DNA of 64,000 nucleotides, from positions 96,722,001 through 96,786,000 of the forward strand of contig NC_087437.1 in assembly GCF_036321535.1 (NCBI RefSeq). The letters are read 5' to 3'. Positions 53,823 through 64,000 of this stretch are shown in pieces. The notes under the pieces were generated by a model. The model was not told the origin of the DNA and did not search any database. It was given only the letters and a program-made list of their open reading frames with translations. The position numbers and the translations under genes were made by a program. This DNA is from Camelus dromedarius (lineage: Eukaryota). Position 1 is the first letter of the stretch. Every line of letters begins with the position of its first letter.

Positions 53823-55409
53823 GTGAGGTTTCACCTCCAAGTACATATTTAAACTTTTTTTTCTTTTTTCTCACTTAAAATAATCTTAACTCTTGAAACT
53901 AGAGACTTCAAAAATGATAGGTGGAAATTTTTATATATTATAAATTAAAATAATAATTGAAAATTCTATTTTAAATTTGCATGCTATATATACAAGTATA
54001 CACATAAACATTTATAAGGAGATTGAGAGAAGAGACAAAAATCAGTACATTGCTGAGAGTCAAGCTGTTTAGAAAATGATTAACAACCCACATCAACAAG
54101 AAGTATAAAAATATTTCTAATGTAATCATTTCTATTTTCTTCTTCATATTAAGTATGATCACTATGTGGGTGTCAATTCTTGTACTGCCTATATAGAATG
54201 TATTTTTAAAAAATAGGTATAGCTAAAAATAAGGGAATCTTATTTGGGATTTTATAAATTTTGCATCCTAACCTCAGAGATTAACATGTCCTTGGGAATG
54301 TCAAATTGATAAGACTACTTAAGGACAATTTTTGAAAAAAAATTTTTTTGTAGCTAGACAAGTTGTATAATTCATAGAGATACTTAGAAAACTGTCACAT
54401 CTCAACTCTCTCTAACATTTCCTGAAACAAAGTATAGGAAGCAAATCATTAAGAAATTAATATATACATAAAAAACAGTCAGTGAAACAAAAAAAATTGA
54501 TAAGTTATGAATAATCTGAACTGCCATTTAGGCACTGAAGTATTTTGAACTCACAATTTCTTGTTTACTTTTTCTAGCATTTTTTATTATAAGCTTATCA
54601 GCAAAGAATCACATTGCACTTGTAAAGTAACCACTCCCTTTAGTCACCTTTACATAAATCCAAATAAAAATTAAGTTTGAAGAAATAGAAGGAAATTTTA
54701 CTTGGAGATTTTTTTAAAATAATTTATCATCCATTACTTATTTAAATTCAGGATATGGAAGACAAATGTGTGTACAAAAAGCATAAGGTCATGTGACTGG
54801 CTAGTGCACCTATCATTAATCCCTAACGAGAGAAACTTAGCATCCTTGAGTATTTGTACTTGTCAACTCTCCGCAATAGAAAACTACCTTTGAGCGCTGT
54901 CTTTAAACACTATATTTGCTGTGACTTCTCTTCTACTCACATAAATGGTGTCACTTCAGTACTCAATGAACCAGCCACTAAATTGGACTACCACAGTGGG
55001 TCTGAGATCAATAACTAATTTTGAAAACTGATTAGTTTGCACCAGAGAAGGAGACAGTTCCGAATTTTGCCAGAGGACATAATCAGCCAGTAAACAGAGG
55101 TATTAGTGCACTGGTAATAGGTTGGTAATACTGCCCCAACCTGCCATAAACTCTTTTCCACAAAGGGTGATTTGAGTCTTTATAAGCAACTTCACTTGTA
55201 AATTAAACTTTTTTTTTTTTGATGTTAAAATAAACTTTAGTTTTATTATGCTACATTGCTGGATAATAAAAGTTGTTTGTAAATGAATTCTAATAAAGCA
55301 AGCAAGCTCAGCTTCGAGTGACTATTAAGGAGTCAAAGACATTTTTGTACTTCTTGACTGGCTGTGAATTCCAGATGTTTCCAACATGAAAGATGTTATG
55401 TTCTAACAG

Positions 55410-55440
55410 TTAATGTTGTATTGCTAGCCATTCAGAAGAT
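55410..55440 (+). pseudogene. Candidate 31-nt exon (F)NVVLLAIQK ending in a U12-type donor
   Basis: gttctaacag acceptor; followed by GTATCCTT; phase 1->2. Confidence 0.5.
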
Positions 55441-57294
55441 GTATCCTTCTATTAGATGGATATGTTGCTATGGAGATAACTGTAAAAGTCTGACATAAGA
55501 GAAGAGGTGGGGAGGGAATTGCATCAAAGGAAAGGAGAATATCAATTATGCCAGTAATTGAAAAGGTAGTGAAAAGGTAAATGTCTTATCCACAACTACT
55601 TCCAGAAAACAAATGTGAATGTATGATGCACATAAAGGATGCTGGTTTAGCCTCTTGCACTGGCCTTGTATTTAGCTTCAGCAAGTGACCATGTGGATAA
55701 AAACTGACCACTCAGTTATAATGTGAACTGGCACTAAACTGAACACATACCTTTAAAAATCCTTCCAAATGCATATGCTATATAGTTTGACAATTGCTGT
55801 AGGGTTCATGGTAGGGCTGTGATAAAGTGCAACTTCAGAAAGTTGTGTTAAAATATGCCCTTCTCAAAACTCTGAGACAGTTGAGATTCCACAAGCAGAG
55901 CAAGTCTAGAAACTGGTAGTAGAAAGCTGGTCTAACTTAGCACCCCAGACTGAATTACTATAGCAGAGTTGCATCATTTGGATTGGGATTTAAAATGTGT
56001 ATACTCAGTGCAATTGGATACCTAAGCTTGAGCTGAGAGAGGAAGAACAGACAGAGAAAAATCACAAGCTATATTCTGAAGAAAGATTATTTGCTCTAAT
56101 ACGGGGTGGGATGAAAATACTTAGAAAACAGATTGTAATTCAGAACCTCAGGCAGTCTCTGTTCATTCAATGGATGAGAAGACAAATTGAGGTGACTATT
56201 TCAAGAATTTAACACACAATGGTTATAGCCCTGGGACAAAGCTCTTAGTCTGGAATATTTAATTCATTGTAATAAAGAAATTAATATTTATTATTATTTT
56301 TTTGTATTCTAAAGGACAACATTCCCCACTAATTCCACTTTTGAAGGAAAGCTCTCAGGAAGAAAGAAGGGAAGGAGAGAGGGAGAAGAAGTGGAAAGGA
56401 GAGGTGCTCCTTCACTGGGGTGTCAATGCCACTCAGAGGACTTCCTTGTAGACAAGCCCCACTCTTTCTTCTAATCCGGGTCGTGAGCACAATGTCCTTA
56501 AGCTCATTTTGGTTCACCCAGAGTTAAATTTTAGTACTTTCTTAACCAAAATACTGGATTCTATCAAAGGCAGTGAATACCTGTCTACATGAGCTACTAC
56601 TGATTCTTTATGAACTACCTGAAAAAGTTCACCAGTAATGTTGATCCAAATATTACAGAACTATTCCACATACTAGTAAAAGAACTTACAGGTGTTCTAA
56701 TGTTTAATTATCTTTAATATTGGAAGCATAATGTTTATAAAACTGTGGCAAAGCAGGGAATGGGAGAAATAGGCAAATTATATGTAAGGGAACTAAGCTG
56801 AGTTTTCTTTTATAAACAAGAGAATAGCGAAAACAAAATGGACATAATAAGCAAATAAAAATGACAATACACATACACTATTCTACATTTATCTGGTAGA
56901 AAAACATTTTTCTTTCTAGTAGTGGAAACAAGAAAGTAACAGAATAAAATATTTTAATAGTTGTTTTACAAAAAATCAACATTTTGCAAGTAGATGATAT
57001 ATTTAAATTCAGATACTAAATAAACATATATATGCTTAAACACAGGATTTGAAACAAGGTCTAGATTTTATTTTCAGGATACAACAGTTAATCTTTTGAA
57101 TCCTCAACTTTAAAATCTGTGACATAGGAATTATATAACTTTAGTTAAGATTAGTTTAGATCAGCACCTCACAGCCCTCACCTCTTTCCCAAACTTGCTT
57201 AAATATAATACTTTTCTACTGCATTAAAAATGCAAATTCTTTTGTGTTCCCCTGGCGATTTTAATTCAGTAGTTCTGGGGTTGAGAATGAGTAT

Positions 57295-57450
57295 TCTCTA
57301 TTGCTTAAAAGGTATAAAGTTTCGCTTGGGGTGAGGAAAATGTTTAGAAACAGTGATGGTTGCATAACGTTGTGAATGCAATTAATGCTACAGAATTGTA
57401 CACATAAAAATAATTAAGATGGTACGTTTTAAGTTATACATATATAATTT
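57295..57450 (+). mobile_element. L1MB-like 3' end
   Basis: gtgatggttgcataacgttgtgaatgcaattaatgctacagaattgtacac. Confidence 0.8.
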
Positions 57451-57792
57451 TTTCTTGAATGTGTCCATGGAAATTGCAGTTATATTCTTTCTGATTTCAA
57501 TGGAAAAGCTAAGTGTGTAATTATTTTGTCCATCATGAAAATGTGACATCACTATATTCTCAGATTTTAAAGGTTATTTGCATAATGTCATTTGCAATAT
57601 TACTTTTATTGCTTTAATGATAGCAAAATCATCCTGAGAATCTTTGAAAACTTCAGACAATATTCTTTCATTAACTTATCCATAAGACATTGCTATAAAC
57701 CCAAAGATTTGCTTATTTTCATCATGATTTTATGCTGAGACAGTGTTTTTTAAGACTGCGTCTTCTGGTTATGGTCTTAAGATTTTTTTCAG

Positions 57793-57904
57793 AGAATATC
57801 CTCCCAAATGTGTAGACACAGCTGTAGTATTACATGCGATGAGAGAAATAAATACTCTTCAGTTGTGGCAACTAACTAGACTAGATCGTTGGACTGAAAT
57901 AAGA
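57793..57904 (+). pseudogene. Candidate 112-nt exon EYPPKCVDTAVVLHAMREINTLQLWQLTRLDRWTEIR
   Basis: gtcttaag-atttttttcag acceptor; open in phase 2->0 (part of ORF 57743..57970); donor gtaaaa. Confidence 0.55.
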
Positions 57905-59102
57905 GTAAAAAACTACGTTCAGAGGACTACTTACATTGTAAGATCAAACAAAATGATTAATAAAGTGTAGTTTTGTGTAAATTATGGTCTATGAGGTACT
58001 ATTTCAATAGGACTGTCCTAAAATGTGACAGAAGTTTTCACAACAAACTAGTAGGCGATTAAAACCTATTGAGACATTTAAATGTGCCCTTCTCTGTAGG
58101 GCACATCTGTAGGCAAATTTCCCTAGGCCTAGGCCCCTGGGTTTATGTTTTATATATTGAAAGGAAGGTGGTTTCAAGCTTGATAAACATTTTCCAATTT
58201 AATTCTACTGCCTAAATATTTACTCTGTTGAATAAATAAACGAATCAGTTGGGACCTGTAAATGTCAAGTCACTGAATTTTCTCTCACTTCATTGTAAGT
58301 CACTCAGCACATATAACTGAATAGATATTTGAGAATGAAAGACAGTCAAGGTTAAGACTATAGCTGTATGGCTTTCAAAACTCCCCTCAGTACAGGAACA
58401 CTTGGGTACAAATGCACTCTGGTTGAACAGAAGCTGCCAGCCTTTCAATGTGAAATAGTAGCATAAATATACATATGCAGATTGAGAAAGGAGCATATGG
58501 TCTTTTATGCTGATTTACTGAGATTAAAGTATGAGGGAGAGAGAGGTGTGTGTGCATTTTCCTGTGTGTGTCACTGTGTGTGCTTCTTGGACAGTACGTC
58601 CTCACAGCTAACATACTTCCTACCAAACATAATACAAAACGATGTTTGATGTATCTTGTACTTACTTAACCAGAAATACAGATTGAAAGGACCATTTGGC
58701 TGTAAAAAGTTCATCACGAAAGTGAAATTCAGCATTCCTTTCAGGGAGAGTGCTTGTTGAATTGGAAGTACTATATTGAATTATATGAATAGCAGCAAGA
58801 CACTGGTGTACTTGACTATACAGAATAGATTTGCAGCTTTTTAGGTCTGATCCTTGTCATTCAGGATAAAATTAAGTTTCAGTTAAATGTCCTCCAGTCC
58901 TGTTTGTTCCCTAAAGCAGCAGAGGTTCACTACAAGAGTAATGGCATGTTCGGCCCTCTTCTTGCCATATTTAAACACTCATCCCTTGATTAAGCTGTTA
59001 TAGCTAAATTATTACATCATTTCCTTGATGGTAATAATCATATTTGTCTGTTTCAAACTAAAACGCACACTTACCAAAGTTCTTTTTTGTGTGACTTTCA
59101 AG

Positions 59103-59169
59103 ATGGGTGACACAAGCAGCAGACAGCTGATGTTAGCAGTGTCAATCTTCCACAAACTTGTCTATTATA
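59103..59169 (+). pseudogene. Candidate 67-nt exon MGDTSSRQLMLAVSIFHKLVYY
   Basis: ttcttttttgtgtgactttcaag acceptor, gtaaaa donor; open in phase 0. Confidence 0.3.
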
Positions 59170-61032
59170 GTAAAACGTTATTTTTTCAAAAATGAAGAGA
59201 TGCTAACTCAGAAGCAAATTCTAAAAGGCTGGATAACATTTCTATTTGGTTTTCTATCTAGAAATTGTTAAAAAAATTTCTGCATTAGTACATTGCCACG
59301 ATTTTTGTCAGAATGGTACAGAATCGCATTTTTCTACAGGTTTTGTGATGAATACCATCAGAAGTGCCTGATAGTTGATTGTATTTAAATGCTACAATTA
59401 CTAACTACCATTTGGCAGAGGTTTATGTAATGTGTGCAAATTTTAGTCAATAAATTAAAAAAAACCTGACATCTGTACAAGTTGAAATAGAATCTGAAAA
59501 TTTAGTTTAATTAAATTCTCCCTGCTGAATGTACTAGGAGAGAAGCAAGTGTAGTTTATACAAATGTAACTACTAAACAGTTTTATACACAAATATATAC
59601 ATAAACACACATACACACATACTAAATGTTTGGATAAGAAAATTGTGCCATATGTGATCATGATAACTGACTCTACAAAAGTTTATTTCACAGGTTAGAT
59701 GTAAAAGTATCCTATAACAGGAGAGTTGTTTTGCTGACACAGAAATTATTTATGTCCATTGACAATCAACTTGTACCTGATGGATTAAAAAATATTAGTA
59801 GACATGGTCAATCATAATGTAGTCTGAGTTTTCAGGAAATATATCTATTAACTGAGTAAAGCCTTGCTGAAATTCATCAGTCTCACATGCTAATGATTTA
59901 TACTGATTCAGAGGGATACATAACTTGACAAATAAACTATCAGGTATAATTTAGTACAGTTATGTAATCATGGAACATGGGCAATAAAGAATATACTTTA
60001 TATATTCCAGAACAAAGGTGATGAGAAGCTGTCAGTGAAAACTTGATGAGATAATTGGAGAACGTGAGAGTTTCACGGTAAAAATGGGTATTTATATATA
60101 CTATTTGGGCCTTTGGAAATGAGAAAAAAAAGACCTGAGGGTATAGCTGTTGGCTATGTAAAAAAAAAATAAATAAAATGGGGACTATTTTTGGAACATC
60201 ATTTATATTAATTTAGGAAAGGTTCAAATCTCACGGAGAAGTAGAAAAATATGTTTTTAAAAAAGTTACTGGTGTTTATTAAGAAAAATTTTAATTAACT
60301 AAGAAAGAACAAAGAAGACACCACACTTTTACAGTAAATCCTTTCTGTACTATAGGGAGTAGTAAGCCAAATGATATGGAATAAAAAATAATATGTCACT
60401 TAAAAAAGTCAAGAAAGGAATTAAAAGCAATATTTTTGCCTCTATTTCTTTTTCTTCCATTTTTATATAAATGCATAATGTGTACATACATACATATACA
60501 CATAATTCAAGTTCATTTTTCCTATATTATCTTTACTGCAAGGCGACATGTAAACTGAAAAGAAGTAAATATAATTTCAAATATATCACCTAGATAGTAT
60601 TGAATGACTGGAATGGGATGATTGAAGGTTACACCACTTTAAAAGAAATGAAAATCTGTTAGGATGGAAGACAATATAACCAGAGTGTTAGTTTCCATGA
60701 AAAGAGTCTGGAAATGCATTGGAAACAATAAAAGTTGTAGGAATAAACTTTAGTCCTTAAAATCAGAGAAGAAATGGCTTATGGAATTCAGATTCAGATC
60801 ACAATAGAGAACTGAGGCCAAGTGTAGTATTGATGGTGGTTTTAACTTTCTACATCCCTATAAAGGCTGATAAGTTCTTAACTTTCATTACTTTGATGAT
60901 ACAAATATTATGATTAAATAAATCTATATTAAATTCATATCCTTAAGAAAGGGACAAAGAAAGAAAGCATATCTCAGAGTTTATTCTAACCTGGGAGGAT
61001 CAGTTGGGCACAGTTAAGTGCATACCCTAGAT

Positions 61033-61262
61033 TGCTGCTACTCAAAGTGTGGTCCATAAACCACTGTCATGAGATGAGTACAGGAATTGAAAGCAAATGT
61101 TTAGAAAACTTCATGGCAATTGAAATGACTATGACCTCCTAATTATTTTTTCTAATAATTCACTTTTAATATATTTTACAAAATTCATGATATACTGGAA
61201 ATAAATAATAAAACCTTTAAACTTTTTTCATCATCCATAGGTTCAGAATGAAGTTCACAGTC
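61033..61262 (+). mobile_element. hAT-Charlie element (Charlie4z/MER80-like)
   Basis: tgctactcaaagtgtggtcc...gagatgagtacaggaattgaaagcaaatgtttagaaa. Confidence 0.7.
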
Positions 61263-61559
61263 TTAGAAAATAAAGATTTCATATGTAAGTATGTTACTCA
61301 AATGGGAACTGAGGTTTACAAAAGACTAAGCAATGTAAAGACTAATTTGATTCTGTTAGAGGAAGAAGAAAAACCAAGAAAAACTTTGGCTTTCTCTTCA
61401 GTAGGAGCTGAAGGATGGAGAATTCCTCAACTACTATTTTCTTAACTCTGTCAAAGATCACACTCTTCAAACTGAACATTATGGAAAAAATATTGATATA
61501 CTTGGCTTTTAATCCCCCCAAAGATAGGAAATTGTAAAGAAAGCCCCTATGAGTATAAA

Positions 61560-63860
61560 TTTATTATATTTTCCAGCCTCTGTGAATTGCATCCCAGAGT
61601 ATTGAAAAGATGATCACCAAACCAATTTGTGGAATTTTGGATAATCCATGACAAAAAGAAGGATATTAAAATATATGTGTCATTCTAATTTTAAGAAAAT
61701 AAGTTCAGCTAATTGTACTGACAAGGTTTATGAATATTTTGACAAAGCAGTAATTACTGTCTTTCAATATAATTTACTAAGAAGTGATTTTAGAATAATC
61801 TTTCTTTGCAATTTTTTTAGAGCACAAAAACAGAGGGCACACAGTGCAGGAAGATCTGTTGATTTTGCTTGCATAGTATTCCTTATTGTAGTAATGGACT
61901 CAACTTTTCTTTTGCAAGTCTTCCTTGTCTCACCTTTTAATTTATGTCATTTTTATATGGCCAACCCTGCACTCTAGATCCAGAGATTAACATCTTACCT
62001 AAACAGAAGAGGGTGATACATGGGATTTTTCTTTTTTCTTGGAACTATTAGAAAAGATCTACTTCTGCTGGGGTTGCCAAATTTGTGAGAATAAGCTGGC
62101 TGTCACTTTTGAGAAGAAAATGAAACTGATCTGAAACATGAAGAGGATTTGGATGACATTATTAGGGCACTGGAAATTAGCCATTTTAACTACTGGACTT
62201 TTAAGGTACATCATCCAAAAAAGTCTTATTTCTGGGTTAAAGTAGTTTGACTTGGGATTCCATCATTAAAAATGAAAGAATCTTGACTTTACACCTGTTA
62301 TCCAAAATCAAGCTTATTTATTTATGCCTGGGGACAAAATGGGGAAATATAGGTAAATGTGAAGACAATTAAGTGATTCAGAAATTGGTAGAATGGCTGT
62401 AATTGAGCTTTGTAATCACTGATAAACAACACAGAGTTCTCAATCAAATGCCATATGGTACTTCATCTTTATTTTGTCACAGTAAGCATGTTTCTAAATG
62501 ACTTGGAAGGAGTTATGGAAGATAGGGCAGTATTTTGGACCTACTAAAGCCGAAAAACTTTCCCATTATAAAACCTTGGAAATATTTGCTAAAATAATAT
62601 AATCATGATTCCAAAATACTTGTCAATTCTAAAAGAAGTCTCCAAAGACCAAAAACAGAGTAGCAGCAAGAGAGATAATTAAAAGTCTCTTCATGGGAGC
62701 TACAGCTGCCCTGGGAAAGTTTAACAACCTCTCAACCCTAAAGTGTCATGTTTTAACAACCATCTTGGGGACAAGAGGCAAAGTGCTGGCCTCACAAGGT
62801 AAACAAGTTGGTTCCATTAAAGCCAGGACCCCTGAAGAACTTATCCTCAGTGAAAAAGTCAATTAGAAGTAAAGTCCACTCACCAGCAATTGGAAACAGG
62901 TGGGAAGCCTGTCAGACACAGCCTAAGCTTTAAAAAATGTCTCTCTCAGAATTCACAATTACATTCCTGCCTTCCATTTAGTTTGGAGTTCAAATTTACT
63001 CCTCTTGCATCATCTGGAAAATTTTGAGGCAACAAATTAATCAAAAGTCGTATTCATTTTTAGCATTGGGTTGGGGATGATGTAGAGCTGGAAAAAAGCT
63101 GAATTCTCTGGAAAAACACACCCTCACCCTAGACCTTGCAGGTTTCTGATAAACGCAACACATATAATCCAAAATTGCAAAACACATGAAGAAACACAAA
63201 CCAACAGGAGTTAGAGCTGAGAGATGACCACCTATAGACTCTAAGGGAAAGAAGTCCTAGAAATGTTCCTCAAAAAAAAAAAAAAAAAAGGGAAAATTAC
63301 CCTATGAGGAAGTTCTTAGATAAAGCAAATAATGATGAGCACAGATATTGAAAAACATGTGGGAAAATAAATGCCAGCACTGACTATACAGTTTCTAATC
63401 TTGGAATGTTAAAAACCCCAGAGGAACAACAACAACAACAACAAAACAATGGCAGGGTTTGAAATGAAAAAAAGTATTGCTTTCAGATGAGAATGGTAAT
63501 GGAGTACAAAACTATATCATATGCAATTGATCAGAGGAATCTGAAACTGTTAGCTATGAGAAGACACAACTTTGGGAAAATAAAACCTAACTTAAATAAT
63601 TTTAAATTTTGTATTGTACTGGAAAATTTATGTGTTATTCTGAATCTTAATAGGTAGTAGATCAAGGAACAATGAAGCTTCAATGAAATATAAAGAAAAA
63701 TTTTTGTTCTGTTAAGACTATTCTAAAGGAGAATGAACTTCCTCAGAAATAATTTTCTAGCCTCAAGAGATATCATACATAAGGCTGCTTGTATGTGTTC
63801 TTATAGAAAGATATCAAGTACTAAACAGTTGGACTAAATACACTGAAATATTTCTTCTGA
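61560..63860 (+). mobile_element. Fragmented CR1/L3 interrupted by an MLT1 LTR (~61950-62290) and an old L1/HAL1 5' fragment (~62520-63250)
   Basis: gaattgcatcccagagtattgaaa (ELHPRVLK motif); catgtttctaaatgacttgga (FINDL-like) ~62490; 3' end gttggactaaatacactga. Confidence 0.65.
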
Positions 63861-64000
63861 ACAGACATTATTCTTGGACTATGCTTCTAATAAAATATTG
63901 TTTTTCTTAATTTATGAAAAAGGAGTTAAGTGCTTCAATGAACCTACAAAAGACATGGAAATTTTTATCATATGGTGATTTTGAATAATAAGAATGACAG

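Larger units (their letters stand above)
4125..59169 (+). pseudogene. Candidate decayed multi-exon gene (unprocessed pseudogene) of unidentified family
   Basis: About 20 segments flanked by pyrimidine-tract/AG acceptors and GT donors. Most join in phase, e.g. ITVKSFYLPWSETTLTSLTEYSYSCGWTLGE|LESKIAS|DESLIQTGCKVEKLCDSTEVNTEP|AEMLGKNFIDNHLKQ and ELYLRLTSVR|FNVVLLAIQK|IEYPPKCVDTAVVLHAMREINTLQLWQLTRLDRWTEIR. Eleven in-frame TGA and one donor reading GA instead of GT. Assembled by eye; true gene ends unknown. Confidence 0.5.

Noticed and set aside
58082..58133. 9-bp hairpin atgtgccct/agggcacat and palindrome cctaggcctagg
   Set aside because: Too short for a miRNA or structured RNA; such motifs are expected by chance in 64 kb.
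1..64000. CRISPR arrays, tRNA/rRNA genes, CpG island, prokaryotic systems
   Set aside because: None seen; the sequence is mammalian intronic/intergenic DNA.

Overview
AT-rich, CpG-poor mammalian genomic DNA, probably camelid: the youngest L1 3' UTR resembles the alpaca/camel type as I recall it, and I saw no ruminant, pig or whale SINEs. No intact protein-coding ORF is present. The supplied ORFs are chance ORFs, L1 ORF2 remnants or read-throughs of small exons. The repeat content is typical: L1 fragments (nested at 34-38.5 kb), L2, MIR, CR1/L3, MLT1/ERVL LTRs, hAT-Charlie MERs and two solo ERV1-type LTRs with intact 4-bp TSDs. The main hidden signal is a chain of about 20 small exon-like segments on the + strand (8-163 nt, ~4.1-59.2 kb) that mostly join in phase into a protein-like sequence I cannot name. 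The chain includes a candidate U12-type intron, one destroyed donor and 11 in-frame stops that are all TGA. It is best read as a decayed multi-exon gene (possible unitary pseudogene), but it was assembled by eye and is unverified. A second signal is a set of short local duplications, two of which look like templated insertions. Boundaries of old repeats are approximate and repeat family names are from memory.
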